Shown here: positions 28,381 through 37,395 of the stretch, piece by piece | Position numbering within the stretch: the first letter of the stretch is position 1 | Layout: each line of letters opens with the position of its first letter | DNA from: a virus | Lineage: Duplodnaviria > Caudoviricetes | Reading direction: 5' to 3' (one strand) | Virus record (IMG/VR): IMGVR_UViG_3300038724_000006 | Location: 1 to 56,579 of that record | Length of the DNA: 56,579 nucleotides | Program-made: the position numbers and the translations under genes | Notes under the pieces: generated by a model | Told to the model about the DNA's origin: nothing | The model's input: only the letters and a program-made list of their open reading frames with translations | Database searches by the model: none

Positions 28381-28977
28381 ATGGATCAAATTCTTACTTC
28401 TTACTGGGTGATTACAGTAGTTATCATGGGGCTGGTAGTTAATTTAGCAGCATCATATCTCAAAAGGCCTTTGGATGATTTTTTAGGGAAATACTCCACT
28501 GCTAAGAAAAAGAAAAATGAAAAGGAGTCTAATTTTAAGAAGCAAGAAATCTCCAAACTTGAAGTTAGTGATATTTACAGAAATTTATATCGTGTCAAAA
28601 TAAGAAGGTTTAAATTTTTATCTGTAGTTTTTTTCCTTTATACCATTGTTAATTTCTTGCTTACGCGTGTAGCATTTGAGCTTTACTTGCAAATGGAAAG
28701 TGTATCCAATATTTTCAGGCAGAGTGCAGGCACCCTTAGGATTCAATATAGTGAATTAGGCATCTTAGATATTTTAACAATTACAGTTCTATTTTTTATT
28801 GTTTTAATAACTACTGCATGTTTTTTTATTGCGCTATACCTATCAAAAAGGGCTGTTGCTTTAGAAGCTGGATTGATAACTGTTATTGACAAAATGTATG
28901 AGTCAGAACTGGATGAGTCAGAACTAAACCTGCCAAAGCCGCCGATTACTAATATTACACTTCGTAGGAAGCGCTAA
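28381..28977 (+). CDS. Accessory membrane protein (about 3 TM segments)
   Basis: 198 aa, AGGA RBS, very AT-rich, convergent with mor. Confidence 0.78.
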   Translation: MDQILTSYWVITVVIMGLVVNLAASYLKRPLDDFLGKYSTAKKKKNEKESNFKKQEISKLEVSDIYRNLYRVKIRRFKFLSVVFFLYTIVNFLLTRVAFELYLQMESVSNIFRQSAGTLRIQYSELGILDILTITVLFFIVLITTACFFIALYLSKRAVALEAGLITVIDKMYESELDESELNLPKPPITNITLRRKR

Positions 28978-29366
28978 TCAAATAACCCTATCTGCTCACT
29001 GCCGCCCTGTAACTCTACACGGCGGCGGATCTTTCTGATCCCTCTTTCTGTGTAGCCATAACGGCGGGCGATTTCTGTCACGCTACCTTGTGCGTTTGCG
29101 ATCTCCTGATCTTTCATTGCTTTAAGTGCAGCGGCGCAGCGTGGAATTTCTATCTCTTCTCCGGCGTAGATTTCAACCAGTGCGCACAATGCCGTATAGC
29201 CAATCAGTTCGCTTAGCCAGTGGGTCATTTGGGCAATCTTGGGCACATAGAGGCGTATGCCGCCGCGCTCTTCTACGATGCGCAGTGCGGCACTGATGCC
29301 GATGATGTCGGTCATGTCACGGATGGACTCGGGCAGCAGGCTGGTGTCTATGTGCTCAGGGATCAT
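28974..29366 (-). CDS. mor: Mor/C family transcriptional activator
   Basis: LLPESIRDM.DIIG..AAL.IVE.RGG..LYVP and C-terminal HTH (EIARRYGYTERGIRKI); start MIPEH with AGGAG. Confidence 0.88.
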   Translation of the reverse strand: MIPEHIDTSLLPESIRDMTDIIGISAALRIVEERGGIRLYVPKIAQMTHWLSELIGYTALCALVEIYAGEEIEIPRCAAALKAMKDQEIANAQGSVTEIARRYGYTERGIRKIRRRVELQGGSEQIGLFD

Positions 29367-29368
29367 GG

Positions 29369-29836
29369 CTAGGCTCCTTGCTTCTCTTTGATGGCTCGGG
29401 CGTGCCATTTTTTGAGGGCTTCTATCACTTGGCTGGCGCTGTATTCGTCGCAAAACTGGGGGGCGCTGAATTGGTTGCGGGTTTGGCGGCGGATGTAGTT
29501 GCGCAGGGCTTCTTCTGAGCGATCACGGACGATGCCGTCGTCTGCCATTGTTAGCCAGAGTGCGCGGATCTTATCGCCTTGTGTTGGGCCACCGATCTCG
29601 GTGCCGTACTGGGTTTTGATGCGCTTGCGCGATGTTGGCCCTGTTTTTTTGCCGGGGCGCACTTTAAAGCCACGCTGGTTAAAGGCGTGGATGGCTTTAT
29701 GCAGATCCGGTACGGTCATGTCGCTGCAGGATGTTTTGCCTGTCGCGCTTTTTAGTAGTGCGCTGTAGGTGTCGTCATCGAGGGCCAGTTCTTTTTTGGC
29801 GATGTGGATCTGGGCGATCAGGGCGCGTTTGCTCAT
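29369..29836 (-). CDS. gemA: GemA (Mu gp16, DUF1018)
   Basis: IAQIHIAKKELALDDDTY...GKTSC, KIRALW, VIEALKKW. Confidence 0.93.
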   Translation of the reverse strand: MSKRALIAQIHIAKKELALDDDTYSALLKSATGKTSCSDMTVPDLHKAIHAFNQRGFKVRPGKKTGPTSRKRIKTQYGTEIGGPTQGDKIRALWLTMADDGIVRDRSEEALRNYIRRQTRNQFSAPQFCDEYSASQVIEALKKWHARAIKEKQGA

Positions 29837-30024
29837 GGTGTTAGCTCTTTTTCTAACTCGTCGATTTCGGCATTGATGCTTGCCGTTTGCTCTCGGATTT
29901 CTATTAAGCGACGACGTAGGTAGATCAACCGCTGCCGCTTGCCTTCGTTGCAGCGGCAGCAGATTGTGACGTCGATATAACGCTCGTTAAATCCGGTGTT
30001 CTCACAGATTTCGCATTCGCTCAT
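29833..30024 (-). CDS. Small Cys-rich early protein
   Basis: CEICENTG...CCRC plus coiled coil; ATGA overlaps on both sides. Confidence 0.65.
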   Translation of the reverse strand: MSECEICENTGFNERYIDVTICCRCNEGKRQRLIYLRRRLIEIREQTASINAEIDELEKELTP

Positions 30025-30308
30025 CTGGACAGCTCGCAACCGCTACAGCGGCGAAAGAAGTCCATGAACATGACAAGGCCTGTGTACTCTTTGCCCTCCA
30101 TAAACCAGCCAGTAGGCGGCACCCATTTTTCTAGTGCTTTGGCGCACTCTTCGGCTTGCAGTGCGTTGCAGCTGAGGTCATGCGCTGAGACGGTTTGTGC
30201 ATTGCATAAAATCGGTTTTAAAGGCCCGTTTAACAGTGTGTTAAATGTGCCGTTGGCAACGTTAATTCCGGCAATCGCTTTGTTTTTAGGCGTGAGTGTT
30301 ACTGACAT
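30021..30308 (-). CDS. Hypothetical early protein
   Basis: GGAGG RBS; packed within the operon. Confidence 0.65.
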   Translation of the reverse strand: MSVTLTPKNKAIAGINVANGTFNTLLNGPLKPILCNAQTVSAHDLSCNALQAEECAKALEKWVPPTGWFMEGKEYTGLVMFMDFFRRCSGCELSR

Positions 30309-30936
30309 AGCCACCTCCTACCGCTGCAATACCGAGCGGGATTGGACGGTATTTATCACTGTCGTTAATGCGCTCTGACACACGCACGTAGACTGTTTTG
30401 CCGTCCACGCTGATGCTGTCTTTGAGGGCTTCGCAGGCTTGCACCCAGTTAGGGTGTTTGATGTCGTATTTGAGCAGTCGGAGCAGATCTGCGGTTCTCA
30501 GTGATCCGTTGTTTGTGGTGCGAAACGCGCCGTCGATGAGTGCGCGAATTTCTCCGTCGGTACCTGCGGTAACTTCATCTAAGTACCGCAAAAAAAGTTC
30601 TTTTGCCGCCTCTAGCTCTAAACCAAAGTTGATTTGATCGGCAAAGGTGCGCTGCACTTTGTAGCGTCCATTGAAGCTGCTGATTGTGATATTGCCTTTG
30701 TCACCGCCTAGCTTTAGGTCATATTTTTCACCAGCGGTTTTGATCAACTCTTGTATGTCGTCCAACGCCATACGTTTAAATTTAACGAGCGCCATGTGTA
30801 TGTCGATCGCTTGTTTTGCCAGCTCATTAGCTGATTGATCTTTGAGTAGATCAATCGGCTTTATGTTCTCGATGCGCACTAAGTCGCCGCGCGAGTTTTT
30901 CATGTAGCCTTCGGGGATTTGGTTTTCAGTATTCAT
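30286..30936 (-). CDS. DUF3164 family Mu-like early protein
   Basis: IPEGYMKNSRGDL..., GGDKGNITISSFNG, YVRVSER; start MNTEN. Confidence 0.88.
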   Translation of the reverse strand: MNTENQIPEGYMKNSRGDLVRIENIKPIDLLKDQSANELAKQAIDIHMALVKFKRMALDDIQELIKTAGEKYDLKLGGDKGNITISSFNGRYKVQRTFADQINFGLELEAAKELFLRYLDEVTAGTDGEIRALIDGAFRTTNNGSLRTADLLRLLKYDIKHPNWVQACEALKDSISVDGKTVYVRVSERINDSDKYRPIPLGIAAVGGGYVSNTHA

Positions 30937-31222
30937 TGATGCTCTCCATGATGTCGTTGCGGTCGATGTATTCGATGATCTGCAGTGCAACGGCAGCGAT
31001 TTGCACAGCTTCTTTACGCAGGCCGTATTTCTTCTCTCCACCGAACTTGAGGTGCAGTATCGCTTCTGCGAGTTCGCCTACTTCTTCGGTCAGAATGAGG
31101 TTCCAATCGCTGAGGTCGTGATCGCGATCGGCTCCCCATTTTTTGTCTTGCGCCTGAATTTCTTGCATGACGCTTTGTAGTGCTGTGCTTGCTAGGTGCG
31201 GTATTTTGGGTGTGGTGGTCAT
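30926..31222 (-). CDS. MazG-like nucleotide pyrophosphohydrolase
   Basis: LTEEVGELAEA...LRKEAVQIAAVA (EExxE...E motif). Confidence 0.78.
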   Translation of the reverse strand: MTTTPKIPHLASTALQSVMQEIQAQDKKWGADRDHDLSDWNLILTEEVGELAEAILHLKFGGEKKYGLRKEAVQIAAVALQIIEYIDRNDIMESINEY

Positions 31223-31422
31223 TAGTGAACCTCTTGCGTTTCTTGCGCTTCGCTAACCAGTTTTTTAGTAATAGCTGGCATTCTCTCTCCAATTTCTTTT
31301 GCATACGCTTGGGCCATATTGCTTAGGCCTTCGTCTTTTGATCGGCGCGAGACGGTCTGTACTAAGACATTGCCATCGCAATCGCGCCGAAACGTGATGC
31401 TGATTTCTGGATGTGTTTGCAT
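31222..31422 (-). CDS. Hypothetical early protein
   Basis: Probable start MQTHPE; TAATG coupling to the next gene. Confidence 0.55.
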   Translation of the reverse strand: MQTHPEISITFRRDCDGNVLVQTVSRRSKDEGLSNMAQAYAKEIGERMPAITKKLVSEAQETQEVH

Positions 31423-31424
31423 GG

Positions 31425-31601
31425 TTATTTTTCGCCTCGGGTGCTGCGCACGTCGGTTAGGGTTTGGCGGCAAATTCGTAAGCTGCGCTTGCCAAATTTA
31501 ATTTGGTTAGTGCAGGCGCTTGGCTGGCTAATTTGTGTAATGCGCACCGGGCCGCAATTTGGGCAGGTGCCGATCCATATTGGTTTTGTTGCTGCTTTCA
31601 T
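31425..31601 (-). CDS. Small zinc-ribbon early protein
   Basis: CPNCG...C...C; probable start MKAATK. Confidence 0.5.
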   Translation of the reverse strand: MKAATKPIWIGTCPNCGPVRITQISQPSACTNQIKFGKRSLRICRQTLTDVRSTRGEK

Positions 31602-31665
31602 GGTGGCTGTCCTTTGTTTGTCTGTTCTTGGTTTTTCTGTTTGGCGGCCTTGGTGATGCTGACGA

Positions 31666-32367
31666 CTACGCCTTGCCGCGCTGGCCTGCGGGTTTGGCGT
31701 CGGGCTTTGGCCGTGCGATCGCGAGCTGTGCAACGGCTCCAAATAGGCTGTGTTCGGGTTTGTCTTCGTTGGTGTTGTGTTTGGTACCGGCTGTTGTTTT
31801 AGGTGCTGGGCGCGTCAGTGTTCGGGTGGTCATTACGATCAGGCACTGCAGCAGGCAGACGGCGGCCATTTGCATAATTAATGGCAGCCAAACGGCCTGT
31901 GTTGTGGGTGCTGGTGTGCGCTGTTCGCTTTGCAGGCTGGCGAGGTTTGTACGGGCAGCGGTGAGCTGCTGTTCGGTGCTGACGATCAGGCTGTGCCAGC
32001 CGCTTCGGTATTCGCTGTTGCTGAGGTACTGGGCCAGCGAGGCTTCTAGCGTGGCGATGCGGGCCTCTGTTGCTGCTGTGCGCTGGGGCAAGGTGTCAGC
32101 GGCTTGGGTGCTGCTGCGTTGTTGCTCTAGCACTGGGGCTGCAAGGTCGGCCAGCGGTGCAATTAATGCCAGTGTGGTGGCGATGATGGCCATGCCGGTG
32201 GTAATGGCTCCACGGCGTGACCATAGCCATACGGCTCCGGCTTCGATCGCGATGGCCCAAAGCCAGCCAGTGGCGGCATCGTGTTGTGTCCACCAGGTGA
32301 TTGCGTGGCTTTGCATTAATACGATCGCGGCGATCAGGATCAGGACTGCGGGTAGTTTGCGGATCAT
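31666..32367 (-). CDS. Membrane protein with coiled coil (early region)
   Basis: Several TM segments; GAGG RBS; ATGA overlap. Confidence 0.75.
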   Translation of the reverse strand: MIRKLPAVLILIAAIVLMQSHAITWWTQHDAATGWLWAIAIEAGAVWLWSRRGAITTGMAIIATTLALIAPLADLAAPVLEQQRSSTQAADTLPQRTAATEARIATLEASLAQYLSNSEYRSGWHSLIVSTEQQLTAARTNLASLQSEQRTPAPTTQAVWLPLIMQMAAVCLLQCLIVMTTRTLTRPAPKTTAGTKHNTNEDKPEHSLFGAVAQLAIARPKPDAKPAGQRGKA

Positions 32368-32648
32368 GCTGCCACCTCGTTAGTTGGGTTGCTGTTGGGT
32401 TTGTTGTATTCGATGACGCAACCGCAGAGCACAGCGCGCACGGTTGTGCCGTCGGCTCTGCGCACGCTGCTTAGCGGCATGGCTTTCACCGTCTCTGGAA
32501 TTGGGTCGGTGATGATGGTCGGCTGGCCGTTGTTGGTGGCGATGTCGTGCATGGCGACGTCGGCATCCATGAGCACTTGCATGGCGTTGTGGATTTGGCT
32601 GATGGTGCATGCCATGCGGTAGTTTTTTTGCGTTGCGATGGTTGGCAT
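32364..32648 (-). CDS. Hypothetical early protein
   Basis: Probable start MPTIAT with GGAGG RBS and TAATG coupling. Confidence 0.6.
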   Translation of the reverse strand: MPTIATQKNYRMACTISQIHNAMQVLMDADVAMHDIATNNGQPTIITDPIPETVKAMPLSSVRRADGTTVRAVLCGCVIEYNKPNSNPTNEVAA

Positions 32649-32983
32649 TAGGCCTCCTTGTGTTCGCATTTTTGGCATGCTTTAAACAGCTGCACGCGGG
32701 TCGGGTTGACCGAGCTGGCTTTTTGCTTTTGGTTGGCAATGCAGCGGTGTGTTTCTAGTTCTCCGAGCACTGGGCAGTTAACGGTCGCGCCAAGGTATGC
32801 ACCACGCACGGCGCGTTCGAGTTTGGCGAGGTCGCCGGGGTAAACTCGTTTTAATGCCTGGTTAATCATGGTTGGCGAGACGTTTAATGTTTGGGCGACG
32901 GCGCGCTGGCTGCTGTCTGCACATTGCTGTGCGAGTACGTCTAACCAAAGCGGCTGATCTGTTGCTATGAGTGCGGCGTTCAT
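32648..32983 (-). CDS. HTH DNA-binding protein with C-terminal Cys cluster
   Basis: SQRAVAQTLNVSPTMINQAL...YPGD, CPVLG, ACQKC; commonly found after MuB. Confidence 0.8.
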   Translation of the reverse strand: MNAALIATDQPLWLDVLAQQCADSSQRAVAQTLNVSPTMINQALKRVYPGDLAKLERAVRGAYLGATVNCPVLGELETHRCIANQKQKASSVNPTRVQLFKACQKCEHKEA

Positions 32984-33246
32984 ACGTTGGCCCTCCGTGT
33001 GAAGTCGCTTTTGCCTCGGCTTCGCGGATGACGCGTGTGCTTTAGGGGTTCGTCTACACGACCGGTTGTTGCTTTTGGTTGGCGGCGCTCTGCAAGGTCG
33101 TGTTGCGTGCGCAGGTCGTAGTGCTCGCGGTAGCTTTGTGGGCTGCGGATGAACTGTTCTAAGTTGACGCCTGCGCGCGCTAGGTTTAGGCGAATAAATT
33201 CGTCGGCCAGTGAGTCGAGCTGGGCGTCTGGGATCATTAGTGTCAT
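32980..33246 (-). CDS. Hypothetical early protein
   Basis: 88 aa, ATGA overlaps on both sides. Confidence 0.65.
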   Translation of the reverse strand: MTLMIPDAQLDSLADEFIRLNLARAGVNLEQFIRSPQSYREHYDLRTQHDLAERRQPKATTGRVDEPLKHTRHPRSRGKSDFTRRANV

Positions 33247-33836
33247 AGCTCTACCTCGACTGGTTTGATGTAGACGATTTTGCGGTTGTTTTGGTCGTAG
33301 ACTGTGTCCACTTTTGTGACGATTGGCGCTTGTGGGCCGGTGTAGCGAGAGGTCAGCGCGGTATAGCGCCCACGCTTTAGGCGTAGGTATCCGGCGCGGC
33401 GTAGGTGTTCGCAGTATTCGCGTGTGGAGTCTGCGCTGGGTTGCACTGTGTCTGTGCTCGCAGCGGCTTGCAGTTCGGCGAGGTTAAAGGTGCCGAGTAT
33501 TTTCATGGTGCGCCAGAGCGATTCATTGACTGCGCCGTTCAGGCTGAGGCTTCCGTCAGCTTTTAAGCGCGGGGCTGTGTTGCCTATATCTTTAATCAGT
33601 TTGTAGATGTATAGGCTGTGGCCATCATTGGTGCGTTTGCGGCCCGCTGAGACGACAAAGCCGCCGCGCGTTAATCGCTGGATGTAACTTTTGATGGTGT
33701 CTGCGTTGACGTTGTCGCCGAACTCTTTTGATAGTTCAAAGATCACGTCTTGGCGGGTGAATTCGCCAAGCTTTCGGATGACTGCCCACGCGCTTTGGTA
33801 GCCCGCTTTGTTCTGTAGCTCTATTACTTGTGGCAT
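33243..33836 (-). CDS. Tandem winged-helix DNA-binding protein downstream of MuB
   Basis: Two repeats (W..IR.L.EFT / LWRTMKIL..F...Y...L.RAGYL), TGPQAP, VYDQN. Confidence 0.8.
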   Translation of the reverse strand: MPQVIELQNKAGYQSAWAVIRKLGEFTRQDVIFELSKEFGDNVNADTIKSYIQRLTRGGFVVSAGRKRTNDGHSLYIYKLIKDIGNTAPRLKADGSLSLNGAVNESLWRTMKILGTFNLAELQAAASTDTVQPSADSTREYCEHLRRAGYLRLKRGRYTALTSRYTGPQAPIVTKVDTVYDQNNRKIVYIKPVEVEL

Positions 33837-34558
33837 TACAGTGCCCCCCTGCCGCGTGGGGCTTGGCCGGTGAACATTGGCGTGTCGTAATTCGCTAGGG
33901 TGACGGTGTCGGTGCCTTGGTTGCGCGCAAAGGCGCGGATGCCATCAAGGTTTACGCAGACGCGACGGGTCACGCCTTTGGTCGCAGCGTGTAGGTTTTG
34001 CAGTAGTTGGTCGTCAATGTTGATGCCGGGGGCGTAGATCCGGGCCAGTTCGTTTACGTCATCGATGGCGCACGGTTGGGCTGGTGTCCATTCCAATATG
34101 CGATTGTGAATTTTTTCAAACGCGGCGAGCTTCGCTGGCAGTTTTTCTTCGCCTATTAATAGGATCGGTGCCTCACTGCCTTCATACAAATCCATGACCA
34201 TGAAAATTTTGTTTTTGTCGGCTAGGTGGTCGGCTTCATCGATGATGAGCGGACGATCGGAGAGCATGAGTTCTTCGCTGACTTGCTCGGTTAATCCGGC
34301 AATGGTTTTAGCGGGGTTCAGCCCCATATCTTTTGCGATGGCTTCTAAAAATGCTTTGCGCGTCCATGTGCTTTTGCACTGCACATAAAAGGCGCGGTGT
34401 TTGTTGGCTGCGTATGACGCGCTGAATGATTTCCCCAATCCTGAAAAGCCGTAGAAGCAAACGATACCCGGCAGGCCGTGTGCTCGCTCCATCGCTCTGA
34501 CCAGTGTCTGGTTGCAGAGTGCGACATTGGTAATTCCCGCAATGCTTGTTTGTGTCAT
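33836..34558 (-). CDS. B: MuB-like transposition ATPase
   Basis: Walker A GFSGLGKS, Walker B LIIDEAD, LLIGEE; follows the transposase. Confidence 0.93.
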   Translation of the reverse strand: MTQTSIAGITNVALCNQTLVRAMERAHGLPGIVCFYGFSGLGKSFSASYAANKHRAFYVQCKSTWTRKAFLEAIAKDMGLNPAKTIAGLTEQVSEELMLSDRPLIIDEADHLADKNKIFMVMDLYEGSEAPILLIGEEKLPAKLAAFEKIHNRILEWTPAQPCAIDDVNELARIYAPGINIDDQLLQNLHAATKGVTRRVCVNLDGIRAFARNQGTDTVTLANYDTPMFTGQAPRGRGAL

Positions 34559-34582
34559 AATCGTTTCCGCTTGTTTGATTTT

Positions 34583-34608
34583 CCGTCAGTTGCCGCTGGC
34601 GGTTTTTT
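34583..34608 (+). terminator. Intrinsic terminator-like hairpin oriented antisense to the early operon
   Basis: CCGTCAG-TTGCCG-CTGGCGG stem-loop followed by TTTTTT on the + strand. Confidence 0.5.
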
Positions 34609-36796
34609 ATTGGCCGGTTGCCCCGGTTCGCATTTCTATTAGCAATTTCCCGGACTGCCACGCGGCAGATCCGTAGAAGTTGCGTGCCCACTTTGTTTCT
34701 TCTTCTGTTGCTGTTCCGTTCTCCATTTTTGTGTTGATGTCTGCCCAGAATTGATAGCGCTCGGCCATCCCTGTGGGCGCGTTTAACCCCCGGTTAAATT
34801 CCGCTTTAACTACGTTGGCTTTTTCAGCGGGTGCTGATGTTTGGATGCTTTGAAGTTCTTTAGCTGCTGCGGCTTTGTCGAACCATGCTGGTAGGTTGTT
34901 TTGTGATTTTTGGTCGTTTAGTGCGTGTGTGGCTGCTGTTAATCCGGCACTCGTGTGCTCGGTTTCTGGGCGCGGGAACTGACGCACTTTGTTGGCGCGT
35001 TCTTCGGCTGCGCGGTGATCTAAAATTTGTTGTGCAACGTCGCGTTTGGTCACACGTTTTGCGGCTGCTTTTAATTGGCGTTTACGCTCTTGCACTTGTT
35101 CGCGCTGGATCTCTTTTGCAGCGACGGCAACGTCTGTTCGGCTAACGCCGGTAATGGCTGGGTCTTCTGCTGTGCAGAGGTAATTGCCGTCGATGTCGTA
35201 GACATAGATTCGACCTATGTCGGCTTCGTCGTAATAGGTGTTTACTTGGTCGCCGGTGTGCGCCGCTAGTTGTGCGTGTATATAGATGCTGCCGTTGAGT
35301 TTGATGCCTTTTTTGCCGACTGTGCGGGTGCCTGCTGGCTCGCTTAGCAATACGTCTAGTGCGCGCTCATTCGTGATGGTGCGAATGCTGCCGATGTAGT
35401 TGGCTGCCATTTGGTTGGGCGAACATTTCAACTCTGAATGACGGCGGGTGTGGTATTCATGCTCTAGCCATCCATCGCAGAATGTTTGCAGCTCTGCTGA
35501 TGACATTTTGACTTCGATGAGCTGGTCTTTTTTGAATAAGCGATCGCTAAAAGTATTTCGTGCTTCGATGGCTGAGCGCTCGGCTACGTTGTGGCCAATA
35601 AATCCGGGTAATAGCTCGGCTACATCGTGGCTAAAAGTGCGGAATACGCGTTCGATGTGTGGCTTTTTCCAGCCCTGAAATGGTGGACAACGATCGACGT
35701 CTACACCGACCATTCGTAAGATGCCGGTGATCCAATCGGATTTATAATCTGAGCCGTTATCCGCCTTGACGGTTTCGGGTACGCCCCATGCAAGTATGGA
35801 ACGTCGAATAACAGCAGCAACGCCTTTGCTATTGGATGTTGGCATGACAACAAACATGACGCGGCGGCTATAAACTTCGATAGCACCGATGATGGTATAG
35901 CGGCCATCAGTGAGCATGAGATCTGCGGGGGTTGAGTCCATTTCCCAAAGCTGGTTTAGCGCGATGACGTGTTCGGATGCAGAGCCTTGGGCATCCATGT
36001 ATTTGTTTTTCCATGCGTCTGGATTGGTGACGGCCATGAATACTTGCTTGTTTTCGTCTTTCCATTTGGCTACCCAATCGCACAGGCGTCGCTCGCTGGG
36101 GACTGATACGCCGGTAGCTGCAAACTCAGCACGAATAGCTTTGTGCAGTGTTGAGCTTTTGGCGTGTGGGTGCTCTACGAGCATGCCGATGACGTACTCG
36201 CGCAGCTCTGGCTGGCTGTCGATTAGGCCGCTGCCGCGACGATGTGCGCCGATGTCTTCGCACAGGTAGGCGATGCCCTTCTCGCGGATGATTTTTTCCC
36301 AGCGGTAAAGCGATGCGCGACTGCATTTAGTAACGACGTCCCGGATCTCGGCTGATATTTCGATGTCGTTACGGTTATAGAGCGCTGAAAATTCAGCGAA
36401 CGCTTTGCCCTTGGTCATACCGGTTGCCCGGAGGAACTCGGCTACGATGCTCATTAGGCAATTGATAGCGTCAACTTTGACGCGCTGGTACGGCTTAAGC
36501 TGGTGATATAGCACGAGCGATTCTTGGCGGCTGGCTGACTGATTTGAAGCGATTTCAGACAGTGCCTGCGATGTTTCGCTATTGCGTGCAGCAGCTGCGG
36601 CGCGTTTGCCGTTGCTGATTTTTAGCGCACGCTGCGTCTCGACTGGCAAGCTGCTGATGTGGTATTCGTTGCCTTTGCCAGCGGCACGCGGGCGGCTTAG
36701 CCATGTTTCTTTTTGCGAGCGGATCTGTATCGCTCGGTCAGTCGCAGGTAGGCCTGTGATGCCCGATAGCTGCTGAGCTGTGAACCATTCGCTCAT
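34607..36796 (-). CDS. A: MuA-like DDE transposase
   Basis: N-terminal Mu DNA-binding domain (EWFTAQQL...EYHISSLP), WEMDSTPAD, DNGSDY, KPHIERVF catalytic triad. Confidence 0.96.
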   Translation of the reverse strand: MSEWFTAQQLSGITGLPATDRAIQIRSQKETWLSRPRAAGKGNEYHISSLPVETQRALKISNGKRAAAAARNSETSQALSEIASNQSASRQESLVLYHQLKPYQRVKVDAINCLMSIVAEFLRATGMTKGKAFAEFSALYNRNDIEISAEIRDVVTKCSRASLYRWEKIIREKGIAYLCEDIGAHRRGSGLIDSQPELREYVIGMLVEHPHAKSSTLHKAIRAEFAATGVSVPSERRLCDWVAKWKDENKQVFMAVTNPDAWKNKYMDAQGSASEHVIALNQLWEMDSTPADLMLTDGRYTIIGAIEVYSRRVMFVVMPTSNSKGVAAVIRRSILAWGVPETVKADNGSDYKSDWITGILRMVGVDVDRCPPFQGWKKPHIERVFRTFSHDVAELLPGFIGHNVAERSAIEARNTFSDRLFKKDQLIEVKMSSAELQTFCDGWLEHEYHTRRHSELKCSPNQMAANYIGSIRTITNERALDVLLSEPAGTRTVGKKGIKLNGSIYIHAQLAAHTGDQVNTYYDEADIGRIYVYDIDGNYLCTAEDPAITGVSRTDVAVAAKEIQREQVQERKRQLKAAAKRVTKRDVAQQILDHRAAEERANKVRQFPRPETEHTSAGLTAATHALNDQKSQNNLPAWFDKAAAAKELQSIQTSAPAEKANVVKAEFNRGLNAPTGMAERYQFWADINTKMENGTATEEETKWARNFYGSAAWQSGKLLIEMRTGATGQ

Positions 36797-37281
36797 TGGT
36801 CGCCATCCTCATCAAACAAACCGAGTTCTGGGGTGGCGTAAGACTCAACGCGTGCGTGATGGCCTGCGATCCCAGTCATGACGTTGCGTAGTTCGCGTAG
36901 GGTTTGATCGCCAGAGGCTTTGCCTTTGTAGAACTCTTCAAGCACTTTTAATGCGTCGTTAAACGAGCTGTTAAGTGTTAGTAAATCATTGTCGTTGGCT
37001 GGCTTGGCTGTTGGGATGTCGACTAACAGTTTGTGACCGCTGGTTGCTAAAAACTGTGTGACATAAGACGCGCCTGTTGATAACTCAAACGGGCGAATCA
37101 TGTTGGCGGGTAGACGGCCAGATTCAAGCCATTTGTAAAGCGTCCAGTGATTAGGCATCCCCATGTCACATGCAATTTGCTCAACGCTTTTGTTTTTACG
37201 CACACGACCAAATTCAACGCACAATTCCATTGCGTTGCACAGTGATGTGGGGGCTGTACGCTTCCAATTTCGTTTCGCCAT
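36793..37281 (-). CDS. Conserved transposable-phage protein between ner and A
   Basis: 162 aa, HTH-like SVEQIACDMG...TLYKWL. Confidence 0.75.
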   Translation of the reverse strand: MAKRNWKRTAPTSLCNAMELCVEFGRVRKNKSVEQIACDMGMPNHWTLYKWLESGRLPANMIRPFELSTGASYVTQFLATSGHKLLVDIPTAKPANDNDLLTLNSSFNDALKVLEEFYKGKASGDQTLRELRNVMTGIAGHHARVESYATPELGLFDEDGDQ

Positions 37282-37395
37282 TGGGTGTTCCTCTTTTTCT
37301 TATGTTCCAAACAAAAACATGCTCTGCATCTATACGGCGCTGAGTGCGCGAATTACCGTATAAGCCATCAACTACGATAAAAAAGGGGCGGCATC

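Noticed and set aside
28974-31742. Long N-terminal extensions in the ORF track for mor, DUF3164 and the genes at 31222 and 31425
   Set aside because: They overlap upstream genes; downstream ATGs with RBS or coupling fit better
31559-32383. 274-aa ORF on the + strand
   Set aside because: Antisense shadow of the operon-coupled membrane protein gene 31666-32367; implausible composition
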